A stretch of DNA of 64,000 bases, from positions 1,666,973 to 1,730,972 of the forward strand of contig BDGG01000012.1 in assembly GCA_001949185.1 (NCBI GenBank). The letters run 5' to 3'. This DNA comes from Ramazzottius varieornatus. Taxonomy: Eukaryota; Animalia; Tardigrada. Shown one piece after another: positions 36,967 through 49,185 of the stretch. Under the pieces are notes generated by a model. The model was not told where the DNA came from. It did no database searches and saw nothing but the letters and a program-made list of their open reading frames with translations. The position numbers and the translations under genes were made by a program. How positions within the stretch are numbered: the stretch's first letter is position 1; every line of letters starts with the position of its first letter.

Positions 36967-37633
36967 GATGACGGAAGAACAAAATGTCCACGTTTACGGA
37001 TGAATGACTCCGTCGTACATCCGTCACGCGCACGGGACGCTGCTGCTTGAGCTACGATAGCAACCACTGACGAACACGCAGAGCATCTAGAGGAAAAGTA
37101 CCATCAATACCAAGAGGCGATACCAACGACGGATATATTACATACAATCTCAATTAACATCAACAGTGAGAATGCTTTGTTTGGAGATTGTCTCCATTAC
37201 ACGTCCAGGGCAACGGTGGTGAGCTACAGGGAGCAGAGCCAGGTGCTTTGTTGTGGGTGAGTCATGCCGTCAGCTGTTTTCGGTGAATTGGACGAGAATA
37301 CCGGCGGGCTGAGTGTAACGGCTCGCCAAACAGCACTGAACAAGGCAAACTTGGCAGGCCGTGGTATTAAGTCTACCCGGTACTCTCGTCCAGGCATGGT
37401 CGCGTCGAGTCTTTACGGGAGGCGGGGTCGTGAAATCGTGACGTGGACGGGACCGTCAGAAAACGGGAAAATCAGTAATTATTATCAGTTTGATCTTCAG
37501 AGAAGAAGGGGAAGTAAACCGGAAGTTGATACGACCGGCCTGCTGTCACGAAATCACCTGTAAGCCAGCCATACTTCTAAGGCTATGCTACCTTCATTCT
37601 GAGCCAATTTTCCACCTTTTGTTTTTGCAGGCA

Positions 37634-39741
37634 ATGTTTGCTCGTGCTTCTCGGTTGACCGTCCTGTCCACCAAACATTCAACGAAAGGACGCTTCATCC
37701 CATTGGCCGCGTTGGCGTTGCAGTCACCTGTTGCATCGTTGCTTTCCACGAGGACTAAACCTTCAGTGACAGCTAACCCAGTAGAAATGGATCCTAGCTT
37801 ACTAGCGCCGATCACCGAAGTTGATCCAGAGATATACAACTTGATGCGTGCAGAGAAGGTCCAACAAGCTAATGCTATTAGCCTTATTGCTTCGGAGAAT
37901 CAGACGAGTCGCGCTGTTTTGGACGCACTATGCACCGCTCTTCAGAACCGATATTCAGAAGGATACCCAGGCGCACGGTAAGATCTGGAGTCGGCAGATG
38001 TTTATCACCTACATAGTCAGGTGCGTGTGTCCTGTTCCAGGTATTATGGCGGACAAGAGAATATCGATAAGGTTGAATTATTATGCCAGAAGCGAGCTTT
38101 GGAGCTGTACGATTTGGATCCAAAACAATGGGGTGTGAATGTTCAACCGTACTCGGGATCACCTGCTAACTTTGCTGTATACACTGCTTTGGTGAGAAAA
38201 CCGAACTTAGGTTCGTCACTGATACAATTGGGTGTTTCATTGAGAATTTGTTTCCGTAGGTCGAGCCTCATGGGCGTATAATGGGACTGGATCTTCCCGA
38301 CGGTGGACATCTCACGCACGGGTTTATGACGGAAAAGAAACGCATCTCAGCTACATCAATCTTCTTCGAGAGTATGCCGTACAAGGTGAACCCGGAAACC
38401 GGCATCATCGACTACGAAAGACTTCGAGAGAACGCAAAGCTTTTCAAACCCAAGCTGATCATTGCAGGTGCGTGTTTTCGTACCCGGTTGGCCAAATGTT
38501 CTTGATATATTGTGGTACCGGTTTTCTCCTGTAGGAACCAGCTGTTACCCGCAAATACTCGACTACGCAAAGTTCAAAGAAATTGCCTCGGAAGTAAACG
38601 CGATCCTGATGGCTGATATCGCGCACATCAGCGGGCTGGTGGCAGCCAAGGTCCATCCGAGCCCGTTCGAACACTGCGACATTGTAACTACCACCACGCA
38701 CAAGACACTTCGCGGACCCCGAGCCGGCATAATATTCTACCGTAAAGGTATAACGGGAACCTTTCTGGCAGATCAGTATACAGAGCGATTACTGACTGAT
38801 GCTCGTGTCGTAGGTGTGAAGTTAACAGATGAAAAGACAAAGAAAGAAATCATATATGACTACGAGAAACCCATCAACGAGGCAGTCTTCCCGGGCTTAC
38901 AAGGTGGCCCGCATAATAACACCATTGCAGGTAATTCATGCATGAAACTTGTGTACTTACCCTTCAGTTTCTGCAAATCAAAGCGTCTTCCTATGGTTTA
39001 TGTTGCAGTCGCGAAAATATGTTTGAGCAAGTTGGTATCCTGCAGGTATCGCTGTGGCGCTCAAGTTGGCGAAGACGCCGGAATTCCGGGCGTACCAAAC
39101 ACAAGTGGTCAAGAACTCGAAAGCTTTAGCCAAAGCTTTGCAACAACGTGGTCACAAGCTCTCAACCGGTAACTTCGAGTTTTCCGGACAGGAATGATGC
39201 GGTAGGCAAGAAGTACTGCATGTAGATTCATCCAGTCTTTTCTCTCGGCAGATGGAACGGAAACTCATCTGTGTCTGCTGGATCTGCGGCCACTTGGTCT
39301 CGACGGAGCAAAAGTTGAGCGAGTACTTGAAGAAGCCATGATCATCTGCAACAAGAACACCTGCCCAGGCGACAAGAGCGCTCTGAAGCCGGGTGGTGTT
39401 CGACTTGGGTCTCCCACCATGACTACTCGAGGACTGAAGGAAGAGGGCTTTGAGATCATTGCAGAGTTTATCCACAGAGGTACATAATGCATTGCAATTA
39501 TACAGAGTATTTCGCATAGAAAACGAAGCCATGAGATTGAAAGTAACGGGAGGTAATTTTTGCAGCTATCCAAATCGCTGACTACGTTGACCAGCAAGGC
39601 GGGAACCGGGCAAAGACGTCCAAAGAGTTTTACGGTAGGCTGGCCAGTGATGAGGAGTATAAGCAGAAGGTGAAGGCTCTTCGCGAAGACGTAGTGGGAT
39701 TCGCTTCGCAGCTGCCCACAGCAGGAGCTCCTGATGTATGA
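37634..39741 (+). CDS. SHMT2: Serine hydroxymethyltransferase with mitochondrial-type presequence
   Basis: [48 protein letters not shown]-lysine motif [22 protein letters not shown] and [13 protein letters not shown] 5'-UTR intron lies at 37560-37630. Confidence 0.96.
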
Positions 39742-39968
39742 TGGTCCCGTCCATCGATCAGCAGAACGCCGCATTCCGTAAAACTTCTCCTCGCCGTTTA
39801 TCATCATTTAAATCATGCTCAAAAATAAAATGACCCAATCCATTTGCTCAAATTTAATATTCCGATACAAGACTTATAGTTTTGCTGACTGGGTTTTTTC
39901 ATCATTAGAAAAGAAATGGGAGAATAACACCAGGACGGTTTTTCGAGTGCTTGACATGTTTTCCGTAG

Positions 39969-40205
39969 TTACCACTTTCGTTGTGTGTAGAGATGACCGG
40001 TCCTTCTTCTGGGTCCTTTCGGGTCGTTAGTTCGAGATATCTCGAGTAAGCGATCGCTGTTCCGAATCTTTCTTCTGTCTTTGGGTGCTCCCGTCTCCGA
40101 TGCTTCCTCTTCTGTCGACTTGTCCTTTGAGTCAAGTGACGAGACAAAGGCAAAGAGAAGACTGATTACAGTCGAGAAGAACAGAAATATGTCCAGATTA
40201 TCCAT
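39969..40205 (-). CDS. Possible small secreted/membrane peptide (78 aa)
   Basis: ATG start, signal-like N-terminus (IFLFFSTVISLLFAFVSS) and polybasic sites RRK, RRR, RK. No homology recognised. Confidence 0.3.
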   Translation of the reverse strand: MDNLDIFLFFSTVISLLFAFVSSLDSKDKSTEEEASETGAPKDRRKIRNSDRLLEISRTNDPKGPRRRTGHLYTQRKW

Positions 40206-40879
40206 AATGAACCGGAAGTCAATGCGATGTCATGTAAGAAAAGTCGGAAAGCACGAAAAAACATAGCGACAATGCTAATCTCGACTTTTCATTCCACGGC
40301 TAAGATTCTTGACAAACCGGAGCTCGGCACTGTGTGTGATGAGCTCTCGCAGCATCTCGTATGCATCCTACGGCGCAGTGTGTGCGTCTATCCTCTTGGC
40401 GCGGTTGCGGACGAAAATCGATAGTTCAGAAGCGGAGCAGCCAACGAGCGTCCAAAAATACTTCTGTCTACACGTTCTCATAATTCCGCTGAACGGAGAG
40501 GAAAAATCGAAGTCAATTAGTCTTTCATGGACATCACCCGTTTTGCGTTGCTACTTTTCGCGCGGTTCTTTGCCATACCTCGAAAAATGTGATCTCCCTA
40601 ACCACCTTGTTTAGAAGAAAGGACGTAGCACACACCGCTTGTAGCTTTACAAAAGAAACCCGGAAGAGAAACGTCGTTCGCCTCAAAGATATAAAACAAC
40701 GCTGCAAGAAAAGGTTTGCTATTAGACCAGCAGAACGAGACACCTTAAGTTATCTACAGCACTTAACAATTAAGACCGATAGCCGAGGCGATCATGCACG
40801 CTGAGTTTCGGCTTCAATGCGTCATCTGCAAGGAAGAACAGAAAATAAGACTAGTATACTTCATTCAAGTCACGCTTCT

Positions 40880-42677
40880 TCATCTTGAAAGATTTTTAGT
40901 GAGGGAGCTCAACGAACCCTGATGAGCTGTGTTAGAGCGGTTCTTGGACGTCTGGTATCCCAAACGGCTGAATACTGATGATCCCGAAGCACGTTCTGGA
41001 GCTGGGCGTTCGTTCCGCCCACTCCTATCCGAACGTCCATTGATGCCTCCAGTTTCACCCGATCCCAGACGGCTGAACACAGGAGTAGGCTCGTCCATTT
41101 TGTCTGACACCAACGTAGGTCTCAGCGGACCCTGCAAAACATATGGCAGTTGGGACAAGTTAAACTAGTATCAAGTGGGTGAGACGTACGCTAGAGTTCC
41201 CAGAGTTTCCGCTGGAACTCTGACCAGTGGTCAAACGAGACATCTTGGTCTCGAGGACTCGAACGAGGCTTGTGTTGTTGTTGGTCTTTGTGCCCTTGGG
41301 ATTCAGTCGCGAGAAGACATCTGGAACAGTGAATGAATGAACTAGATACCAGAATATCTTTGGAAAAATAGGGAGTATTCCGCATCCATTCTTTCGAGCC
41401 ACCTGCCTCGCTTAGCTCCAGGACCCGCTCCCATGCGAACAGTGAAATCAACAGGTGCAGTATCTCGAACGACTCTCTCGCTTTGCCCAAAACCAGGTCG
41501 CTTTATGACTGCAAACGGATCGTGTTTATGAAATTTTCATGAAGAGAAGACAGATCTTCGGTTCACCACATCACAGAACTTCAATAAAAGTTCTAGGCGT
41601 TCTAGTAAAAATAATGGGAAGAGGACTACATACTCGTTCGGAGATCACTGTCGTCATCCGCGGAACGCTTGCCCAAGCGAAGGTGAATAGATGTTTGTTC
41701 TGGTTTCGGTCCCACTGTCAGAACCACATTCTTTAGTTCTCCCAACTTTCTTATCTCACTTTCTCACAAGAAGAGAACAGATTTTCGTACCTCTGGATAC
41801 TGTGCGAACAGCCGGAAGTGAGCCGGAAGTTCGAACTTCACTACGAATCATTCTTCGGACTGGTGGATCAGAAGGCGCATTTTGCTGCTGCTGTTACAAG
41901 AACGAAAGCATGTTTCCAGTTGGACACAGTTAAGAATGAACAAGAGAAGTACGGATATAGTAGAGAGTTCATTGCCTGCTATTCCTCCGAAGGAAGGATT
42001 ACCTGCGGAGCAACGGAGTTCGCCATTTGGCTACGTGATGAGTTATTCGAAGGAGAGGCAATCTCTTCGACTTCCATCATATCAGACCCGTTTGATTCCA
42101 GCTGTGGAGAAAGCTGCTTGGGCTTGGGGAAGGACAATGTAATATTGGGATGATACTGCTCTCCACAGTAACGCTTGGCGGCTTGTAGAATGGCGATCTG
42201 GTCGCCTATGCAGTTGATGCCCATGTCCGTCAGGTATCCCTTATCTAAGTTCTTCAGAATCTGCCAGTTGATGCGCTCCTTGACGAAAATCGCTGCATAC
42301 TCGGCTGAAGCGTGGTCTGGAATACCGCTGTCCAGGAAGAAGTTCTTCCACTCTGTAAGACGCGAATCGTCTCTTCCACCTATACAGAAGCAACCACCGA
42401 AAATTTACAGCTACGGCTGAAATACTCAACATCGCAGATCTTCTTTGCATATCTCCTTACCTGGTTTGGAAGCTGCGCCTGAACTTCCAGAAGACAGAGG
42501 TTCTTTAACAGGTTTAGCAGTCGAAGTGTTTGCGGGTTGAGACGCTGATGGAGCAGCCTTGGGTGTCGGGTTAGCTGTCACCAAAAACTCACGCTGTGAT
42601 CCCTGGGATGACGAGGGCGGCTTACCTTTTGTGCTGGTCGCCCGCACTTCTCTTTCTCGCCCGGTACTTTTACTCAT
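40880..42677 (-). CDS. C19orf47-like protein (SAM-like/DUF5577 domain plus low-complexity tail)
   Basis: EWKNFFLDSGIP..SAEYAAIFVKERI..ILKNLDKGYLTDMGINCIGDQIAILQAAK, and repeated VFSRL motifs in the C-terminal exons. Confidence 0.8.
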
Positions 42678-43367
42678 GGTCGTGGAGTTGATCGTTGATG
42701 TGCAGAATGGCGACTGTGAAAGCTGGTTAACGGATCTCGCAGGTTGGTAGGCTGTTTCAGTTCTCGATCGAACTATCACTCCAGACTGGACAGCACCTTG
42801 TCCCTCAACAATCTTTCTTTCTCGTAAACCCAACGGAACACAGCTAGGGATGAAATGAGGACTAGGATGATTTTGTAGGGAATCAGGTCGACTGAAACTC
42901 GGAAAACATGATCTGAGTAAATATTTGAATGCAGCAACTCCTGCATTCTGCAAGCAATCAGTATGACATACTGAATGTCATCAGGTTGATTTAGATATTA
43001 CTTGATTGGTTGTCGTCGGAATTTTGCAGTAGTGGGTTTGCCATCTGGATGTTCTACAAGAGCCTTCGATGACCTCTTATTCCGACGGTGGATTTTCTAA
43101 TGAGCCAGAAACGAAGCAAAAGACTGGTCTTGAAAGTGCTGAGATTGCATCCCACATCATACTGCTGCTGCTGACAAAAACGAGATCAAACAAAAAACAG
43201 GCGCAGTAAAAAGATGCAAAACGTGGATTACAGGATGGCAAGCGTAGACAAATTCCAGGAAGAAAGTTCCTCAAAAAGATACCTCTGTACACTTGGGACA
43301 CAAACCGCTGTGATATTTCGCTTATGAATTATGATGAACTGATGATTATCGAAAGAAGAACACTTTA

Positions 43368-44227
43368 TTACTTCCAGTGAGCATTTTCCATTTCAATAAG
43401 CACATGGAAAGGGTTGTACCACTCGGCACTCTGTTGAGGTCGCTGTAAAGGCTGTCGAAAGATCTGCGCATTCTGATACGAAGTACCCTGGTAATGCGCG
43501 GTGTCTTCAGTTCCCGAGAGCTCTACACGGATGATAAAGTCATTCCATCCTTGTGCCCGGTATATCTCTTTCATTTGCTGCGCATCCAGCAAGACTGTGT
43601 AGTCATCGGGAGAGCACACCAGAACGCGAACCTTTCCATCTCGGAAGGTCGTACTGGGAAGCCGCATCCTCATCCTCTTCACCTTCTTCCCTGCAAAGCA
43701 TTCAGCACATTTCTATGAGAATAACTTTATAGCTGACTTATATATCCGTTACGCGGGTCACACAAACCTGCAGGAGACAGGTTGAAACGATACTCCAGAA
43801 ACGCGCTGAGCGTATTCCCTTTACCCTGGAAAGATACGTCTTCTCTAGCAAGGTAGCCCATTTTCCAGTCATGCTCTTCTTTCCTCGCTATATTGCAGTA
43901 TCTCCATGTGCCGTTGTTCCATCCTTTCCGAACAGAGTTCTGCGCGCCATTTCGCGGTCGTGTATAAACATCATCGACGACATTATAAAGGACTTGCAAT
44001 ATATCACTGTCTACTTCCTGTCCTTCTGGAATAAATTGATATCCTCCTTGTTCAAAGTGGATGTGGTTGTGTGTATAGATGTCGGACAAAGGGTCGAATG
44101 CCAGTCTGGGTCCATAGTACTCGGCTGGAAGATCCAAAGCATCTCGTGGTACTGGCTCGAAACTGGGAAACCGGTTAGGAGGAAACTCGAACAGGGAAGA
44201 TGCGGACGGCTCCGCCATTTCTCCCAT
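43368..44227 (-). CDS. Stand-alone PAW domain protein (PNGase C-terminal mannose-binding module)
   Basis: Two exons (intron ~43692-43768). YNVVDDVY...GWNNGTW...RKEEHDWKMGYLAR...EYRF...TTFRDGKV...VELSG...YQNAQIFRQ is colinear with the NGLY1 PAW domain (RKVE-x-DW-x-MVYLAR, QH-x-QLFRQ). Confidence 0.85.
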
Positions 44228-44607
44228 CGACAGATAAAAGACAAGAGTGAAGAGGAACGATAGCACGCGCAGGAAGAAGGAACAAGGTTAACTCATGAGC
44301 ACCCGATAAGCACCAACCAGACTTAACCAGACTAAATGTTTTGGTTTCAAGTTTTCAATGAACAGTCTTAAAAGTCAAAACTCTGAATTTTTCACCTGGG
44401 TGCAGGGGCGAAAAATTTCTTCGTGCGAGGAAACATTAGACATGCCACATTCAACATTTTGATTTCCATCTTTTGTAGAGTCTGCACTTTGGAACGATTC
44501 TTCGGTATCCTCTGGGTGATCCGATCCAGTATTCGAGCACTTCTGCCGCTCCTGCAGTGTCAGATTTTCAAGTTGGTCTGTTCTTCTCTCGGGACTAAGA
44601 CAGCGAC

Positions 44608-46843
44608 ATGGCTAGTCGACTAGATGTGGTGATTTTCGGAGCTTCCGGCTTTACTGGAGAGCATGTTGTCCGCCGGGCAATTCAGAAGCAGAAAGAAGAG
44701 TCGGCGTTCACTTTCGGGATTGCTGGGAGGTCAGCGGAGAAGCTAAAGGATGTGCTGAATCGCGCCAAGAAGATCCCGGGTAAGCTCGACTGCTCGACCT
44801 GCCATCTATCCTGCTCTATGTATGCTATCCCGGAAGTCATGCCACTCGCAGTTTTTGCATAAGGTTTCGTTTTCCTTTTCAGGTTTGGAAGAGTTCTCGT
44901 GCGAAATAATCGTGGCAGATATCAACAATGAGCAGAGTCTGCGGAAGATGTGCGCTCAGGCCAAAGTTTTGATCAACTGCGTCGGTCCGGTGAGTTGGTC
45001 CTACGGGCTTTTCATTCACTTCAGAGAGGGTCTCTTAGTTTGTTGAATGGCGAATTTTGTTATTTTGCAGTATCGCTTCTATGGAGAGCAAGTTGTGAAA
45101 GCCGCCATTGACAGTAAGACAAACTACGTGGACATCAGTGGAGAACCGCAGGTGAGTAGACTATAAGCCGTAACTTGCGGGTCCTGTTATGACCGGTGTT
45201 CGTAAAGAAGTGCTGCTGTACGGCGTTGAACTTATGGCGTTCCTGTATGAAGCTTGCTTGGAAGATAGAGAAATTTGACTTCTCTGTTATGCTTGTAGTT
45301 TCTGGAAGGAATGCAGCTGAAGTATGATGAATATGCCAAAAGCCAGGGAGTCTACGTGGTGGGAGCCTGTGGGTTCGACAGCATTCCATCCGAGCTTGGT
45401 ATTGCCTTCACGAAGAAGAATTTCGCCGGCGACTTAAACTCTGTGGAAACTTACATGTCGGTCAAGGCTGGCCCAGAGGTAAGGGCTCGAAAGCAGAAGC
45501 GTGATCACGTACAACGATGAGCTTTGGCCCCTACATCCGACTTCCGTCTGAGGCGATCAAAGTGCAGCGTGACTTTTTGGGTTTTCCCGACTCGAAGAAC
45601 CAACCCGCATGTTTTACACGATAAAATCCTCTTTGTTCGGTGTAGGTATCGCTCTAATCTTGTTTTTTCGTAGGGTGCGGCAGTTCATTACGGGACTTGG
45701 GAGTCTGCGGTCCACAGCTTCTCGACATCAAAGGAGCTTGGTCCGCTGAGAAAGCAGCTTTACGCTACTCGACTGCCGCGTCCGAATCACAAGGTGGACC
45801 AGAAGTACGTTTCTTAGGAGTATTTAGTTACTATGTAATTCATACCCGTATCTTTACTGTCTCGAAATCTTCGATAGAACGGTCCACTATGGTGAAGAGG
45901 CCCAGGGCTATGCCATTCCATTTCCGGGTAGCGATCGAGCTGTCGCTCGTCGCACCGAGTATCTGGAATTCACCGAGCAAAACAAGCGACCCGTAAGAAA
46001 GCAGGATATCTTTGTTTGAGTATGTTTGGATATAAACGTGTTGTGGCTTCTAGGTGCAAGTCGTATCCTATTTGAATGTCGGTTCACTATGGAACACTTT
46101 CTTGATTATGGTGTTCGGCGCTGTCTTCTCCTTCATGGCGAACTTCAAGGCCACCCGCGAACTCCTTCTGAAGGTACAGCTGGACTGATGGGTATATTGT
46201 TCGTAGTAAGGCGTTCATGTGTTGGTGCTCTTCCAGTATCCTAAGGCTTTTTCGGCGGGGCTGTTCTCTCACGAAGGACCAACCGAGCAACAAGTACAAT
46301 ACAATACGAGTTTGCATCTATAAGGTTTTGCATCTTTCCGGTTTTGCATCTATAAGGTATGTGCGATTGTTCCATAGATTGCGCACACTTCATTTCTCAT
46401 GAAAATTATCGGCTACGGATACCCCACCAAGTTGGCGTCAAGCGAGGAAGTTCACTCAGGATTGCCCACTAAGAAGATAATCGTCAACGTCACTGGCCCC
46501 GGTTAGTACACTGTCGTATCATCGAATCGGTTCTAGGAACTATTCTACAGTATTCTACAATCTCACCTTTATAGAACCCGGATACGCCGCCACTTCTGCC
46601 TTCGTCATGGAAAGCGCTTTCACCATCCTCCAGCAAATTGAGCAGCCGCGCTCAAGAATTCCACGGTATATAAGCAATGTTTTTGAGCCGATTACTGTAC
46701 TATACTGCTGCATCTTATCCAAGTTGCGATCTTATTCTCGCAGATTTGGCGTGATGACTCCCGGATATGCCTTCGGAAATACCAACATGTATGAGCGTCT
46801 GGCCAAGTATGGTGTCGGGTTCCACGTGGAGACCCAAACCTAA
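44608..46843 (+). CDS. SCCPDH: Saccharopine dehydrogenase-like oxidoreductase
   Basis: VVIFGASGFTG, IAGRS, NCVGP|YRFYGE, YVDISGEP, ACGFDSIPSE, HYGTWES, PGYAATS and GVMTPGYAF. Multi-exon. Confidence 0.95.
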
Positions 46844-47085
46844 GCTATGGTTGCGTTCTGGCTGTCTGTGAGTAGAAGGTTCATCGACTTGCGTTCATCG
46901 GCTAACTTCCTCGGATGTTACATTTGATAGGTTTGCATTCGTAACAGATATTTGGACGTTTCTGAGGATTAATCTAATTTTACCAATATTCAGTTTTACC
47001 GAGCTGCCTAACTGCAGTATTTATTAAATCTGTCATCGTAACTTAATTTCGTTCGCACATTAGATATTATAAAATAAAAATGGTT

Positions 47086-49185
47086 TCATGTTCGCAGACA
47101 TCTGGTAGTTTCTGACTGCTGACAGAGCAGCCTATGCGCTTTTTGTGATAAGATTGTTCGAGCTGCTCGACCACATTGAAACACTTCGCCGTTACTCTTA
47201 AATGGTGGTCTTCTTTCTTCCAGGGTTTCCTCGCCATAGATGTTGTCGACAGGTGTTTCGCAGGTTTCGGCTTGTTCGTTCCAGTACTGCTTTCGGTTGA
47301 CTCGGCAAGGTGGAAGTGTCAGACCAGCTGGTGCCACGCCCCGTTCTAGAAGGTCCCTCGTCCATTTCGCTTTGGCCATCCTTGACCGCAGAGGTCCTAA
47401 CTCAAAGAGTTCAGGGATGAGATGCTTGCAGTCTAACATTTCGTGGGGCGTGGTGTGAATGAAGCGAACACAGTCCAGAAGACGCTCGGCAAAGTTTTTC
47501 CTGGGATCAGGGCGGAACTGAATCCACCTTATCATGGCATCCACAACGTCCAGTTCAGACTATTCAAGCAAACAAAACGATTACGTGTCTTGGTGAATAG
47601 CACGAAAGTAAGAAAGCTCCTTGAAGATGCCTACGTTTATTTTAATTTCGTTGCTGCTGAAAAGCGCTTCTACGCTCTCGATGGGCCACGCCAGGAAAGA
47701 GGACTGTCCGGTGATTTTGTAAAAGTCGATCGGTCCCTTTTGCGGACAGAGAACCCTGTGACAGAAAAGCATGATAACATGCTCGAGGTTGATCAGAGTG
47801 TGCGGAGATTTGATAAGAAGAACCTACTTGGCCGCTTCTTCTCGGCGAAGTTCCTCTTCTCTTTGGGCATCGGGGACATCTCCTTCGCGGTTACAGGCAG
47901 CGATGGAACGAACGCTTTCCTGCGACTTGACAACTCCCGCTTCGACAGGGTACGCTGGAGCACAAGGTTCGCAAGTGCCAGATCCAGCACCGTCATCCGC
48001 TGCAGCGGGAAGTCCGTGACCACTTTCTATAGACCTGACGAAATTACTGCGGAGCGCATCTTGCCTGGTGCGCGGAGAATTGGGCAACAAATCCGAAAAC
48101 TGCATGGACTTCAGCTTGTCCTTGCACAACTGAGCTAGAGAAAAGATCTTCAAAGCCTGTGCAACGTTTAGGATATCCTGCAACAAACCAAGAATTTTGA
48201 GATACAGTTATGTGGAAAAGTTTGTTATCAGTTTTACCCACTAGAGTATTTAAAACACCTACCGCTGCATTGTAGTGATGGATTTCGGTAGATCCTTTGT
48301 ACATGAACTCAATGCATCTGAGGAGAGCCCTTGTTTGAAGCTGCGACACGTCGATGCATACTTCCGGCATCAACATTCTGTCCGGTCTTTCCCGTATGAA
48401 CTGCTTGTTGAACCGAGGACTAAAGGCGGCAAGCACCAACTTATGACACTTCACCTTGTTTTCACCCACGTAGATTATGACGTCCGCTAGTTCTTTACTC
48501 CGGAACAAGTTGGCGAAATATCGAGCCGTTCGTTCCGCTGAAAACCCCGAAAACGTTTCCGTTAGTTCCGAGAGCAGCAATTACGAAAAATATGATTTAG
48601 CAACTGTCGTACAAGAATACCATGCCTTTCCACGGATTCTCCGATGACCCAGTGAAGGCCTCGTAGTTCCTTGTCGTTGAGTATCTTCGTGGTGTCCCGG
48701 AGAGGTATTTCCCGCATTAATTTGTTACCAACCAAGTACGGCTTCGTTTGGTCCATTCGGATATTGGCGTCTCCCATTAACAGGTTATCCGGTCTGAGAA
48801 ACGTGTTTATGGAGTGCTGATCGCATTCTTCGGGACAAGGTGGTGGCTCCACCCGTCCGCTTGTCGCACAGGGTCCACAAAATGCTTCGAACTTCTGTGC
48901 GGGTTTGGCATTGGAAGCGGACGGAAGTTCTAACGGACATCCACCAGCGGACGGTTCTAACGGACAACCACCTGTTGTTGCAGGTTCGTTTGCGGCAGGA
49001 GGTTCATACAAAAGTGGTGGCTCCTCGAAAAGCGGGTGGTTGTCAATGGGAGGAGAGCAACTTCTGGCTCCACAGATGTCGCTGTCACCACAAATATCCG
49101 ACTTGCCGGTTGCGCATAGGTCTTTCTTCTTTCTGCCACCAATAAAAGAGAGCTTGTGTAACGTGTTGGAAAATGGTGTCATCAC
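47086..49185 (-). CDS. BTB/POZ-BACK protein with Cys/Pro-rich N-terminus (no Kelch repeats); 5' end uncertain, possible exons up to ~50016
   Basis: BTB: LADVIIYVG...CHKLVLAAFSPRF...IEFMYKG...ILNVAQALKIFSLAQLC. BACK: FLAWP...SNEIKIN|SELDVVDAMIRW...LLDCVRF. Confidence 0.8.

Noticed and set aside
39265-39807. 180-aa minus-strand ORF
   Set aside because: It is antisense to SHMT exons and has no independent features.
46310-46358. Three ~16-bp tandem units (tttgcatctataagg) in an SCCPDH intron
   Set aside because: A simple local slippage duplication with no further structure.
47443-48138. 231-aa plus-strand ORF
   Set aside because: It is the antisense shadow of the BTB-BACK gene.
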